Origin: a virus
Length of the DNA stretch: 55,862 bases
Reading direction: 5' to 3' (one strand)
IMG/VR virus record: IMGVR_UViG_3300045988_121401
Position 1 is the first letter of the stretch. Each line of letters starts with the position of its first letter. Shown piece after piece: positions 43,233 to 52,601 of this stretch. Made by a program: the position numbers and the translations under genes. The notes beneath the pieces were generated by a model, which had not been told where the DNA came from, did no database searches, and saw only the letters and a list, made by a program, of their open reading frames with translations.

Positions 43233-43825
43233 TCACATCCCGAGGGCTGACTTAAGGGACCCGAAGCCACTGGACTCGTTGCCGGAGTACCACGGGCTGC
43301 GCGGATCAGTGACCTCGACGTCCTTGGGCGGTAGCCACAGGTCCCTCTTCAGCTTCTCGGTAGCGCCCTCGTCCTCGGCGTTGCGGGTGAGGATCCACCA
43401 CATGACGTGGCAGAACCGGTTCAGGGGCAGGGTCTCCAGGTCGATCCCGTGCCCGAGGCAGAACCCGTCGATGTAGTCCCACTCCCGGTAGGCCGAGGCC
43501 AGAAGACGCTGAACTACGTAGGAGGGTTCTCCCCAGCCTCCTCCATGACGGCGGAGATGAGGTCGGTCAGGTCGGAGATGTCGAGGTTGTCGGCGGGGTT
43601 CTTGAGCCGGGCGATGACCTCGGCGCCGGTCTCCTTGCCGAAGAGGACGCGGCACCACTTCGACAGGCCGTCGATGATCTTCTCCGCATCCTCGTCGGAG
43701 TCCTTGAGCGCCTGGGAGAGGAAGATGGCGACGGCGGACTTGGGAGGGCGGACCTTGTACTCGGTGCCGACCAGCTCGACGGTGATGGACTTCCGGGTCT
43801 TGCCGGGGATCGTGATAGTAACCAT
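43233..43825 (-). CDS. Tail assembly chaperone, frameshifted long form (putative -1 shift)
   Basis: The -1 frame stays open across the end of 43514..43825 and continues to stop 43233. The shift site is not identified. Confidence 0.4.
43514..43825 (-). CDS. Tail assembly chaperone (short form)
   Basis: 103 aa immediately upstream of the tape measure region. Acidic C-terminus. Confidence 0.65.
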   Translation of the reverse strand: MVTITIPGKTRKSITVELVGTEYKVRPPKSAVAIFLSQALKDSDEDAEKIIDGLSKWCRVLFGKETGAEVIARLKNPADNLDISDLTDLISAVMEEAGENPPT

Positions 43826-43834
43826 GAGGCGATT

Positions 43835-44242
43835 CTAATGGAAGTCAGAGGGCTTGATAAGACGTACCGCGTCCCGGACGAAGTGCGCGCCCTTGATGCC
43901 CTTGACCCACTTGGCGAAGACGGTCTGGCTGGAGCCCTTCGGGGTGAAGACCATGCGCGACGCCTTGACCGGCCCGTGCGGACGCGTGCCCTTCTCCTGG
44001 TAGGCGGCGTACGGCGTACGCGCCCCGATCTCGAAGGTCGGGTTGAGCGGGTGCTTGCCGGGGACGCGTTCAATGGTGACGGAGTTCACCATACGGCCGG
44101 AGTTGATCCGACCCTTAGCGCGGATGTTGCGCTGGATGCGCCCCTGAGTGCGCTTGGACGCCTTCAGGGCTGCCTGTTTAGTGATCTGGGCCACCTTGTG
44201 CTCCTGGATGGGGCCCTTGAACCGTACTCTTACGTGAACCAT
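43835..44242 (-). CDS. HK97 gp10-like head-tail joining / tail completion protein
   Basis: 135 aa. ...TPYAAYQEKGTRPH... resembles the gp10 family (recalled). Confidence 0.55.
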   Translation of the reverse strand: MVHVRVRFKGPIQEHKVAQITKQAALKASKRTQGRIQRNIRAKGRINSGRMVNSVTIERVPGKHPLNPTFEIGARTPYAAYQEKGTRPHGPVKASRMVFTPKGSSQTVFAKWVKGIKGAHFVRDAVRLIKPSDFH

Positions 44243-44269
44243 CTCACATCCTGCCGTAGCCGGGAGCGC

Positions 44270-44806
44270 TCACTGGCAGTTGAGCCGGACCGTGAAGGTC
44301 CACTCACCGGCCACGCAGCCGCCGTCGGGCCCGGAGGCGTCCCACTCCATCGAGTCCGCGTTCGTGGACGACGTGAGGAACTTGCCCAGGTCGGCCATGT
44401 CCTGATGTAGCACAGCCGCGTCAGCGGTCAGGTCGAAGGGGCGCGGGCCTCGGCCGCGGTCGTCCACGACCTCGACGCAGCGCAGCGTCCCCAGAGCGTA
44501 GGTAGCGGCCCAGTAGCGCACCGAGCACGCCTCGCCGTCGGCGGCGCGTGGGCCGAAGACGGGGGAGACGGAGACGGTGCGGACGTAGAGGTGCCCGGCG
44601 CAGCACTCGTCCCAGGCCACCTCGGCGCCAGGGGCGACGTAGGCCTGCGAGACGGCGTTGGACAGCGCAGCGGCGCCGCCCTTGAGCAGGGCGAGCGCGG
44701 TGGAGTGGACGACGGAGGGCACCGGCGAGGCGGCTCGGCCCGACAGGGCGGCGTAGTCCTCGCTCTGGGGGCGGTTGCGTCGGGTCAGGCGCGGGGCCGG
44801 GCTCAC
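44270..44806 (-). CDS. Head-tail connector protein
   Basis: Position in the module. VAWDECCAGHLYV motif seen in actinophage connector proteins (recalled). Confidence 0.5.
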   Translation of the reverse strand: MSPAPRLTRRNRPQSEDYAALSGRAASPVPSVVHSTALALLKGGAAALSNAVSQAYVAPGAEVAWDECCAGHLYVRTVSVSPVFGPRAADGEACSVRYWAATYALGTLRCVEVVDDRGRGPRPFDLTADAAVLHQDMADLGKFLTSSTNADSMEWDASGPDGGCVAGEWTFTVRLNCQ

Positions 44807-45660
44807 CAGATCACCCCGCCGCGGCGGTTGGACGGCTGGCGGCGAGCGTAGTCGTCGGGGTTGTAGGCCCTAGCGGCCTGGCGAGGCTTGCGGATCGAGG
44901 TGACCCAGGAGTCGACCAGCCAGATGCCGGTGCGTCCCTCCTGCATCTCGTCGAAGTCGTCCTGCACCTGCACGGTGACGCCCTGGCGGGTGACCGACTG
45001 GAGGCGCGCCGGGAGGGCGCAGTCGCGGTCCATGCAGGCGGCCTTGGCCAGCTCAAGCGCGAGCACGCCGGCGGCGACCTGACCGCCCTCCGGGACCGGG
45101 ACACCCTGCGAGTAGCGGATCTCCCAGGTGCCCTCCTCCGTCGTCGGCCGTGAGAGATCTTGTACCGAGGGGAATACAAGCGGAACGTCTGGACCAAGCG
45201 GTGAGGTACGCCCCGTGAGCTGAAGCACGGAGTGGTTGATGAGTCGGTACGCGCCCAGCGGGAGCACTTTGCCATTGATCGTGACCTGGTGCACACGGTG
45301 GACGTTGCCGGGCAGGCGGATGGCCGGGGTCCCGTGAGTGTGGGTGCAGTAGGGGCCGCACAGACCGCACACGACGTCGTGCAGGACACCCCCCAGTCGG
45401 AACGGGAGGAAGCCTCGCAGGTAGTCCTGGGACTGGTAGGTGGGCGGCGGCACGCAGTCGGCCGGCTCGGGCCGGATCACGACGATGTCGGTCCCGAACC
45501 GGCGCCCGGTCCACTCCCACAGGAGCTGGGTAGCCATGGCCTCGAAGGTGTGCTGCTGCTCAGGCCTGCCGGCCTCGTCCAGGTACTCCTTCAGGTCCTC
45601 GCACGCGCTGTAGGAGACCGGCCAGTCTCCTGGGCCGTAGCCCCTGTCAATGTCCTGCAT
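44803..45660 (-). CDS. Head-to-tail adaptor
   Basis: Trimmed to ATG 45660 (TAGGAGAGGGA before the ATG). LLWEWTGRRFG..., Cys pairs, LPARLQSVTRQGVTV. Confidence 0.55.
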   Translation of the reverse strand: MQDIDRGYGPGDWPVSYSACEDLKEYLDEAGRPEQQHTFEAMATQLLWEWTGRRFGTDIVVIRPEPADCVPPPTYQSQDYLRGFLPFRLGGVLHDVVCGLCGPYCTHTHGTPAIRLPGNVHRVHQVTINGKVLPLGAYRLINHSVLQLTGRTSPLGPDVPLVFPSVQDLSRPTTEEGTWEIRYSQGVPVPEGGQVAAGVLALELAKAACMDRDCALPARLQSVTRQGVTVQVQDDFDEMQEGRTGIWLVDSWVTSIRKPRQAARAYNPDDYARRQPSNRRGGVIW

Positions 45661-45791
45661 TCCCTCTCCTACAATGCGTGCGTGGTGCGGGATGGCTACG
45701 CCGCCTGATATAGGTGGTGCCCGCACGGATGAGTATACCTATAGGGGCCGCCTAAGGGGCGTAGAGAGGGTTTGGATGGGCGCCGGTACGG

Positions 45792-45833
45792 TGACAGCCC
45801 CGTAGGGCGTTTGTGCGCTCTACGGGGCTGTCA
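45792..45833 (-). terminator. Hairpin TGACAGCCCCGTAG-N14-CTACGGGGCTGTCA after 45850..46551
   Basis: 14-bp stem. Confidence 0.55.
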
Positions 45834-45849
45834 GTGCCTCTGAGGGGTA

Positions 45850-46551
45850 TCAGGGGACGGTGACGGGCTGGTCGCTGTCCGGCGGGGGAGCGAGAGCCGT
45901 GTCGATCATGAGGAGGTGGTCGAGCGGGTCGAGGGCGGTGGGGAGCTTCGCGTTCTCGAAGCCGCCGCCACCGGCCTTGGCCTTCTTGACCACGTCGTAG
46001 GGGCCGACGCCCCAGGCGTTGCCGGACTTGGTGACGGCTCCGGTCATGGAGAACGAGATGGCGTCCTCGCCCGTGACCTCGATGTCGCCGACGGTCCCGG
46101 CGGTGACGAAGGGCAGCAGCAGGTAGCCGCTGGCGTCCTCGGCACCAGCCGCACAGGCCTGACCGGACAGGCCGGTCCACAGCTCCAGCGCGAACTTCTT
46201 CTCGATCTTGCCGTAGGCGACCTTGAAGCCTGCGGTGTCGCCCGCGTGGTCCAGGTACTTCGTGGCGTTGGTCACGATGTCCAGGACGGAGGGGTTCACG
46301 CCGCAGAACTCGAGCTCGACCGTGAAGTACTTGAAGGTGTTGGACTGCTTCTCGTTGACGCACAGGGAGCCGTCGGCCTTGCGGACCGTGATCTCCGTGC
46401 CGTCCTCGACCTCGGCGGCGAGCTTGACCGACACGAAGCCGGAGGTCGCCACCGGCTTGTGCTGTGCCTTGTCGAACTTGCCGCAGGTGTCCAGCGGGGT
46501 GACGCGGATGCGCTTCCCCAGCACTGGTGTGTATGAGTGCGTCTTAGCCAT
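45850..46551 (-). CDS. Major tail (tube) protein candidate
   Basis: 233 aa. KRIRVTPLDTCGK...FTVELEFCGVNP pattern recalled from tail-tube-like actinophage proteins. Unusual position upstream of the connectors. Confidence 0.4.
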   Translation of the reverse strand: MAKTHSYTPVLGKRIRVTPLDTCGKFDKAQHKPVATSGFVSVKLAAEVEDGTEITVRKADGSLCVNEKQSNTFKYFTVELEFCGVNPSVLDIVTNATKYLDHAGDTAGFKVAYGKIEKKFALELWTGLSGQACAAGAEDASGYLLLPFVTAGTVGDIEVTGEDAISFSMTGAVTKSGNAWGVGPYDVVKKAKAGGGGFENAKLPTALDPLDHLLMIDTALAPPPDSDQPVTVP

Positions 46552-46605
46552 GGCTCAGCGCATCCTTCCCATTGGTGTTGGAGTTGGTGAGTAGGTCATC
46601 TGGGC

Positions 46606-47445
46606 TCAGAACTGGCGGGCCACGTACTTGCCGGAGCCGGGATCCGTAGCTATCTTCACGGAGTAGGCGTCGTCCGGGTTGAACGCGATGACGTACTGCC
46701 GCTCGGCGACCGCCGTCAGGTCGTTCTGGCCCTTGTCGAATCCGCCTGCCCCGTTGGTCGAGGTGAAGACGTCCCCGCGGTAGACCAGGACCGGCCCGGT
46801 GGACGCGATGATCGTCGGCTTGTCGGCGTACCCATCACCCAGGACCACGGGGGTCCCCAAGGCGGTGTACGCCTCGCCAGTCTTCGGGTCCACCTTGATG
46901 TACTTGCGCCCGGCGAGCAGGGCGCCGTGGCGCCGCGAGATGTGGAAGGTCGGGGCCACGCCCGCGGTGTGGGCGTAGTGCTCGGCCGCGTTCCAAGCGC
47001 TCTCGGGCGCCTGGGCGCCTGCGTTGTTGGACCACTCCTGTACGCGGATGAGGGCTGGACCCGCGCCGCCGACGCCGTTCCACAGAACGCTCTCGACCGC
47101 GGACTCCTCGTACTGGGCGAGGCGCTGAGCCGCGATGGCGACGGCCTCCTCCGGAGTGTGGTCGAGAGGCGTGGTGCGGAACGTGGCGTAGACGGTGATC
47201 GGCTCCATCGACTCGACGGTCACGCCCTTAGGATTGTCCAGGACCTTGGGCAGGCCCTTGACGGTGCCCGGCTTCTGATACTGGCCGATGGTGCCGACGT
47301 CGGTGCGCGCGACGTCCTCCCAGGTGACGCCGTTCTCCCACCGGATCGAGGAGTCCTCGATCGGGGCGAACCGGGAGAAGAGGCCGCCCTTGAGGCGCTG
47401 AGTGACTGGCGCCTCGATGCGCTGCTTCGGTGCGATGATGGGCAT
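46606..47445 (-). CDS. Structural protein, HK97-capsid-like by eye
   Basis: 279 aa. AVAIAAQRLAQYEESAVESVLWNG spine-helix-like segment and a C-terminal ...NDLTAVAERQYVIAF... segment. Confidence 0.4.
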   Translation of the reverse strand: MPIIAPKQRIEAPVTQRLKGGLFSRFAPIEDSSIRWENGVTWEDVARTDVGTIGQYQKPGTVKGLPKVLDNPKGVTVESMEPITVYATFRTTPLDHTPEEAVAIAAQRLAQYEESAVESVLWNGVGGAGPALIRVQEWSNNAGAQAPESAWNAAEHYAHTAGVAPTFHISRRHGALLAGRKYIKVDPKTGEAYTALGTPVVLGDGYADKPTIIASTGPVLVYRGDVFTSTNGAGGFDKGQNDLTAVAERQYVIAFNPDDAYSVKIATDPGSGKYVARQF

Positions 47446-47486
47446 CTGTCCTCCTTGCTGGACGGTGACTGGCTATGGACGATCAC

Positions 47487-47518
47487 GGGGCGGGCGGGGA
47501 CTGGCCGCCGCCCGCCCC
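47487..47518 (-). terminator. Hairpin GGGGCGGGCGG-N10-CCGCCCGCCCC after the capsid gene
   Basis: 11-bp GC stem. Confidence 0.55.
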
Positions 47519-47525
47519 GGAGTCA

Positions 47526-49421
47526 TCACTTGGCCGGGTCAGCCGTGCCGTTGGCGAGGAGCTTGATGCCGGTGCCGGTGCCACCGTTCGGGTTGATCGG
47601 CACCGTCACGACGCGGGCGTCGTGGCCACGCTTGGCAACGAGGTAGCCCTCCTCGGTGAACAGGGCGGTGTAGTCGTTCTGGCCGAGCAGGACCGAGTCG
47701 TAGACGGTGTCCAGGGTGATGACGTCCTGGCCGCCCTTGACGAAAGTGCCCGCGCTGTAGAGCAGGAACTTCAGGCTGCCCGCCCAAACCTTGAAGGCCG
47801 AGGCGTCGCCAGTGATGGCCTGCCAGTCGTAGACGAACTGGGGGTTCACGCCGCGGGCCTTGAACCATGCGTCGATACGGGCGTCGTTGACGTCGGTGAG
47901 GTCGACGCCCTGACGGCGGGACAGGTCGGTGCGGATGGCGCCGTGGACCCAGTAGGGGAAGACCGCCTCCAGGGTGGTGGAGCGGGAGAGGCGCTGAGCG
48001 TAGCGGTAGTGCTCGACCTGGAGCTCGATGGCGGTCAGGATCGGAGCAGCCGCGCCGATCTGGCCGGCGTCGAGGGAGACCGCAGTGGACTGCTTCTCCA
48101 TGGAGGCGATGATGCGCTCACTCATCTTGTGCTCGTGGGCAACGAGGGCGCCGCGGAGGGTGCGGGCGACGAGCTCGGGGTAGCCGCGCTGCTGGAGCAG
48201 GTTGGCCTGGACGTGGATACCGGCCGCGGAGAGGCGGACCTCCTCGAACTCGGTGCAGGGCACGTTGTAGACGGGCTTGGCGCCGACCTTGTTGGTCGGG
48301 TCGGTGGCGGAGGTGGGGGCGTACTTGCCCGCCTTCGCCTCCTCCTCGGTGAAGTTGAAGGAGGGGGCCGCGTACAGGTCGGCGAACTTGGGGCCCTTGG
48401 TGAACTTGATGCCGCCGCGGGTGACGTTGATCTCAGGCAGGGAGATCAGGCCGTCGCGGGACTCGTCCTCGAGCAGGTCGTAGACGGTCTCGGAGGGGGC
48501 GCACCAGCCACCGGCCGCGACGAGGGAGCCGCCGGGGAGATTCTTCTCGTTGACGGCGAAGGCCATAGCGGCGTCGGCCGACTCGGGGGAGGAGACGGTG
48601 GCGCGCTCGTCGAAGGTCTTGCGGACGACGGCGAGGCTGTGGCGCTCGCTCATAGCGCGGCCGGCTCGGGCTGCGGCGGCGTAGGCGCCGGAGTTGAAGC
48701 CCTGGAGGCGGCGGTCGAGGGCGACGGCCAGGTCCTCGAAGGACGCGTCGGAGTCGGCGGCGAAGCCGGGAACGTCGGCCACGGTCAGGCGGGCCTTAGC
48801 GGTGTCCTCCACGGAGGTCTCCTCAGTGATCGCAGGTGCGGGGGTGTGAACGTGCCGACGGATGCCGGACAGCTTGATGGGGCCGCGGGGAGCGGCTGCG
48901 GTGACGGCCTCGGCCACGACGTCGACCTGAGCCTCGGGCTCGACGTCGGCCGCAGCGGCCTTGGCCTTCTTCTGAGCCTGCTCGGCCTCGTCCTCAGCGG
49001 CATCGGCCTTCTTCTCGGCCGGGGTGTCGTCCGCGCCATCCGCGTCATCGGCGGGAGTGTCGTCCTCGTCGTCATCGGCGGGGGCGGGCTTGGAGTCATC
49101 GGCCGGCTTGTCGGCCCCGACCTTGGCAGCCATCTCGGCGGCCTTGGCGGCGCGCTCGGCGGCGGCCTGCTCGCGGGCGCTGATCTCGGCGGAGAGGACC
49201 TCGATGCCGTCGGTCAGGGTGCCGAGGGTGGCAAGGTCCTCATCGGTGAACTCACCATTGGCGTACAGAGTCTGGAAGGCGTCGACGGCCTTGGAGCGCA
49301 GGTCGCCGAGGTCGGCGGCGCTCAGGTCGGACAGGTTCTCGGGGATCTCCAGGTCGAAGGTCTCGACCGGGGCGTCGTCGGCCTGGTCGGCGAAGACGGT
49401 GATGTCGAAGTGCTTACGCAT
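47526..49421 (-). CDS. Major capsid protein with N-terminal scaffold-like acidic coiled-coil domain
   Basis: Trimmed to ATG 49421 (GGAGGA SD). About 270 aa rich in Ala/Asp/Glu/Lys, then about 350 aa that read as capsid-like. Follows the protease gene. Confidence 0.65.
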   Translation of the reverse strand: MRKHFDITVFADQADDAPVETFDLEIPENLSDLSAADLGDLRSKAVDAFQTLYANGEFTDEDLATLGTLTDGIEVLSAEISAREQAAAERAAKAAEMAAKVGADKPADDSKPAPADDDEDDTPADDADGADDTPAEKKADAAEDEAEQAQKKAKAAAADVEPEAQVDVVAEAVTAAAPRGPIKLSGIRRHVHTPAPAITEETSVEDTAKARLTVADVPGFAADSDASFEDLAVALDRRLQGFNSGAYAAAARAGRAMSERHSLAVVRKTFDERATVSSPESADAAMAFAVNEKNLPGGSLVAAGGWCAPSETVYDLLEDESRDGLISLPEINVTRGGIKFTKGPKFADLYAAPSFNFTEEEAKAGKYAPTSATDPTNKVGAKPVYNVPCTEFEEVRLSAAGIHVQANLLQQRGYPELVARTLRGALVAHEHKMSERIIASMEKQSTAVSLDAGQIGAAAPILTAIELQVEHYRYAQRLSRSTTLEAVFPYWVHGAIRTDLSRRQGVDLTDVNDARIDAWFKARGVNPQFVYDWQAITGDASAFKVWAGSLKFLLYSAGTFVKGGQDVITLDTVYDSVLLGQNDYTALFTEEGYLVAKRGHDARVVTVPINPNGGTGTGIKLLANGTADPAK

Positions 49422-49551
49422 GTTGAGGGTCCTCCGTGTCTTGGTGCTGGGCAGGGTTCCCGTCCCCAGCGGGGTACACGAGGCCCTGCTGCCATGCCGT
49501 TGGCTCAAAGGATACACCTATGAGTGAGACAGCCCTCCATAGGGTAGACAA

Positions 49552-49586
49552 AACCCCGCACCGCCATGAGCAAACGGTGCGGGGTT
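49552..49586 (-). terminator. Canonical intrinsic terminator AACCCCGCACCG-N11-CGGTGCGGGGTT followed by TTGTCT
   Basis: 12-bp stem plus U-tract on the minus strand, lying between the protease and capsid genes. Confidence 0.75.
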
Positions 49587-49805
49587 CTGCCTGATCCACC
49601 CAGCGTCAGGAGTCCATGAGACCTCTAACGGGGACCATCATAGCCGATGACGATGAGTGGCGCTACGCCTAGAAGCGAGTGATCGGTGAGGAGTCCTTGG
49701 AGCCCTCGCCGGGCAGGGTGCCGTCGGCCAGGGGCCTGGGCTCGGTGCCTACCGGGGGAGTTGTAGTACGTCCACATCCACATCCCATGATTTCTGTTCC
49801 TTTCC

Positions 49806-52151
49806 TCAGATGGATCCGAGACGGCGCGCCATCTGCGCCGCCTTTGCCAGTGTACCCGCGCGCTCGACCCGCGCTCGCATCCTGTCGGCGGCCGTAGCGC
49901 GCTGCAAGTCACGGCGCCGCTCGGACTCTGCCAGGCGCTTCAGGTAGGAGATATCGCCGAGCGTCAGGCCGTCGCCTGCCATCCGGCTCGAGGGGTGCGC
50001 TGCCCGGGCAGCGGAGTCGTCATGGGCCACTACGCCCGACGCCTGGAGGGAGCGGACCTCGCCGGAGGCGAGGAGGCCCCGCGGGCGGGGCACCGGGAAG
50101 CCGGGGACATTGACCGCCAGGGCGCCGACGAGCTCGAGAGAGCCACGAATCGTGCGCCAGTCTCCGGAGATCGGGGCGGAGCGGGCCACGCGGACCTGCT
50201 CGGCAGTGATTCCGGGGCGAAGGGAGCCCGCTACCCAGATGCCGTAGGCGTCCTCGCCGGCCGCCACGTCGGCGAAGACGGTGCCGGTGTTGTCGTAGTG
50301 CTCGGCCGCAGCGTTGGCGGAGTCGCGCGGACCGGCGTGACCCGTGCCCATTGTGAGATGCCCCACAGCAACGGAGGTGCCCTCGGCCGTGCGCAGGGCG
50401 CCGGTGCGGAAGTAGGCGTAGTTCGAGGCCGACGTGGGTGGCTCCACGCACTTACCGACCTGGCCGATGTGGCAGGTGCCCCAGGCGGCGATGTGGCCGT
50501 AGACGCGCCCGTCGTCCTCGACCACGAGGGCGGTCGGGCCGGTCAGCTGCGGGTCCTTGAACCACGCCTCCGGCGGGGCCGTGGGGATGGCCGCAGCGGT
50601 CAGCGAGTCACGGCTCGGAGCGACGGGCTCAGCCGACGCCTCCAGCGTCTCCTCAGGCTCGGAGTCCTCGACTGGCTTAGCCGGAGCCTGCCCAGCGGCG
50701 TAGACGCACGCCGTGGCGAAAGCGGGGACGGCCACGAGCGTGGCGGCGCGCAGCCGGGCCGACTCGATGACCGTCAGCTCGTCAGAGGAGGACATGGCGG
50801 CAACCTTGACGCGGCCCTCGGCGTCATTGTCGGAATCTGCAACGTCGGCCTCGGACATGTCTGCCTTCGCCATGATCCTGAACGTCACGTCGTCCGTGTC
50901 GATGGATACTCCGTTGGACATCTGCTCGCTGACCTGGCGGAACGCCTCGGTGCCTACGGCGGAGCCGAGGTCGAAGATGCCGGTGGCGTAGATGTCGCCA
51001 CCGTCACGGCGCTCGACGGTCTCGATCCGGCCGCAGACCTCGGCGCCGTCGTGGCCTCCGGCGTCCTTGAACGCGACGCGCAGCGGGATGGGGAGGTCGT
51101 CCCACCGCAGGGCGCCGGCCTCGATGAGGCGGCCGTCGCCGGTCATCTCACCCTCTCGGGCGATGACGCCCTCCCAGCGGCCGTCAAGGGAGGAGGCCTG
51201 GGCGTCGGGCGTCGGAGCCGGATCCGGCTCCGGGACGGTGTCGCCGACGGGCTTCGAGTCCTCGGCCCGAAGGTCGGCGAACTCGCCCACGCGGTGGGCT
51301 GTCTCCTCGATGCGGAGCTTCATGGCTGTCCTTTCGATGTCTGCGGCTGAGTACTTGACGTTGACGGCCGGGCTTGGGTGAGGTCGGGCGTCGGTCGGGA
51401 TGAGGATGCAGCGGCAGTTCGCCACCTCCTTCGGCGGCCCGGCGGGGTCGCCGGGGTAGAGGAGGAGGGAGTCCCCGACGTGGAACGGGGTGCCGAGGTC
51501 CTGCACCTGGCCGTCGGCCTCGACGTGGGTGGGCCGCACCCGGTTGTCGTGGACCGTGACCCAGCGCAGCCGGCCCCGCTTACGGGCCAGGTCCGAGGTC
51601 GCCATGCGGTGAGCGGCGTTCGCCGTGGCCGCGGTGCGGGCCAGGGTGCGGAGACGGGCCGCGTAGGCGGTCGTGGCCTCCCCCTTGCGGCGGGAGGTGC
51701 CGAGCAGGCGGCCGAGCTTGATCTTCGTCTTCCGCTCGCCCCAGCCCTCGGAGGCGGCGCGCTTCAGGAGAGCGCGGACGTCCTCGTAGACCATGACCGG
51801 CAGGCCAGAGTCCTCCAGGATGCGCTGCACGGTCGCGTACTGAGGCAGGCGTCGGCGGCCGCGGCCGTCGCGAATGAGGTCGCGGATGGCGGCCTGCCAC
51901 GCGCTTCGAACAGATGTCCAGGCGAACGGATTCGGCACCAGGTCACCGGCCGCCGTCAGGACCGGGGAGTCCAGGGAGTCCTCGGCCAGGGCGCGAACCC
52001 GCTTCAGGAAGTCGTTCAGGACCGGCTCGGCCAGGTCGAGGTACTGGTCCTCGATCGCGTCACGCCAGTCCGCCACCGCCTTAGGGGACTCCCAGTCCGA
52101 AGGCCCATCGGCCCGCAGGTCGACGTCGGGGGAGGTCGAGGCGGAGGCCAT
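49806..52151 (-). CDS. MuF-like minor capsid protein fused to capsid maturation protease
   Basis: [13 protein letters not shown]...NCRCILIP (MuF/SPP1 gp7-like). [12 protein letters not shown]...NGVSID and [11 protein letters not shown]...[11 protein letters not shown] (protease-like). Confidence 0.75.
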   Translation of the reverse strand: MASASTSPDVDLRADGPSDWESPKAVADWRDAIEDQYLDLAEPVLNDFLKRVRALAEDSLDSPVLTAAGDLVPNPFAWTSVRSAWQAAIRDLIRDGRGRRRLPQYATVQRILEDSGLPVMVYEDVRALLKRAASEGWGERKTKIKLGRLLGTSRRKGEATTAYAARLRTLARTAATANAAHRMATSDLARKRGRLRWVTVHDNRVRPTHVEADGQVQDLGTPFHVGDSLLLYPGDPAGPPKEVANCRCILIPTDARPHPSPAVNVKYSAADIERTAMKLRIEETAHRVGEFADLRAEDSKPVGDTVPEPDPAPTPDAQASSLDGRWEGVIAREGEMTGDGRLIEAGALRWDDLPIPLRVAFKDAGGHDGAEVCGRIETVERRDGGDIYATGIFDLGSAVGTEAFRQVSEQMSNGVSIDTDDVTFRIMAKADMSEADVADSDNDAEGRVKVAAMSSSDELTVIESARLRAATLVAVPAFATACVYAAGQAPAKPVEDSEPEETLEASAEPVAPSRDSLTAAAIPTAPPEAWFKDPQLTGPTALVVEDDGRVYGHIAAWGTCHIGQVGKCVEPPTSASNYAYFRTGALRTAEGTSVAVGHLTMGTGHAGPRDSANAAAEHYDNTGTVFADVAAGEDAYGIWVAGSLRPGITAEQVRVARSAPISGDWRTIRGSLELVGALAVNVPGFPVPRPRGLLASGEVRSLQASGVVAHDDSAARAAHPSSRMAGDGLTLGDISYLKRLAESERRRDLQRATAADRMRARVERAGTLAKAAQMARRLGSI

Positions 52152-52588
52152 TAGCGCACCTCCTCAAGGGCCGCCCGGTTCAGGCTGGGCGTGCGAATGA
52201 GGGCGTTCTCCGGCAGGACGTAGCGCAGCGCGGTCACGAGCCGGTCCAGGCGGTGCGGGGCGCCGTGCGTGGCGACCTGGGACACGTAGGCGTCCAGCAG
52301 GGTCACGACGCGGCCGGACTCGACGCCGGGGCAGCCGTGGTTGTCGAGCAGGGCCGGGACGACGTCCCAGGCGCCCTTAGTGGCCTTGCTCACGGTGATG
52401 ATGCCCGTCGGCCACAGGACGTGCGCCTCGTGGAACGGCCGGCCCTTGAGCGCGTTGAAGCGGGCCCTGTCGGCGCGCACGATCCTCTTGCCGACGGCCT
52501 CCAGGGCCTTGACGACCAGGACGTCAACGACCGCCACGAGGGCGGTGGCGTCAACGTCCTGGTCGGATGCGGGTGGGGTAGGTGTCAT
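52151..52588 (-). CDS. Hypothetical protein (145 aa)
   Basis: Trimmed to ATG 52588 (AGGAG SD after the portal stop). TAATG overlap with the next gene. Confidence 0.6.
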   Translation of the reverse strand: MTPTPPASDQDVDATALVAVVDVLVVKALEAVGKRIVRADRARFNALKGRPFHEAHVLWPTGIITVSKATKGAWDVVPALLDNHGCPGVESGRVVTLLDAYVSQVATHGAPHRLDRLVTALRYVLPENALIRTPSLNRAALEEVR

Positions 52589-52601
52589 GGGTTCTCCTGG
52601 G

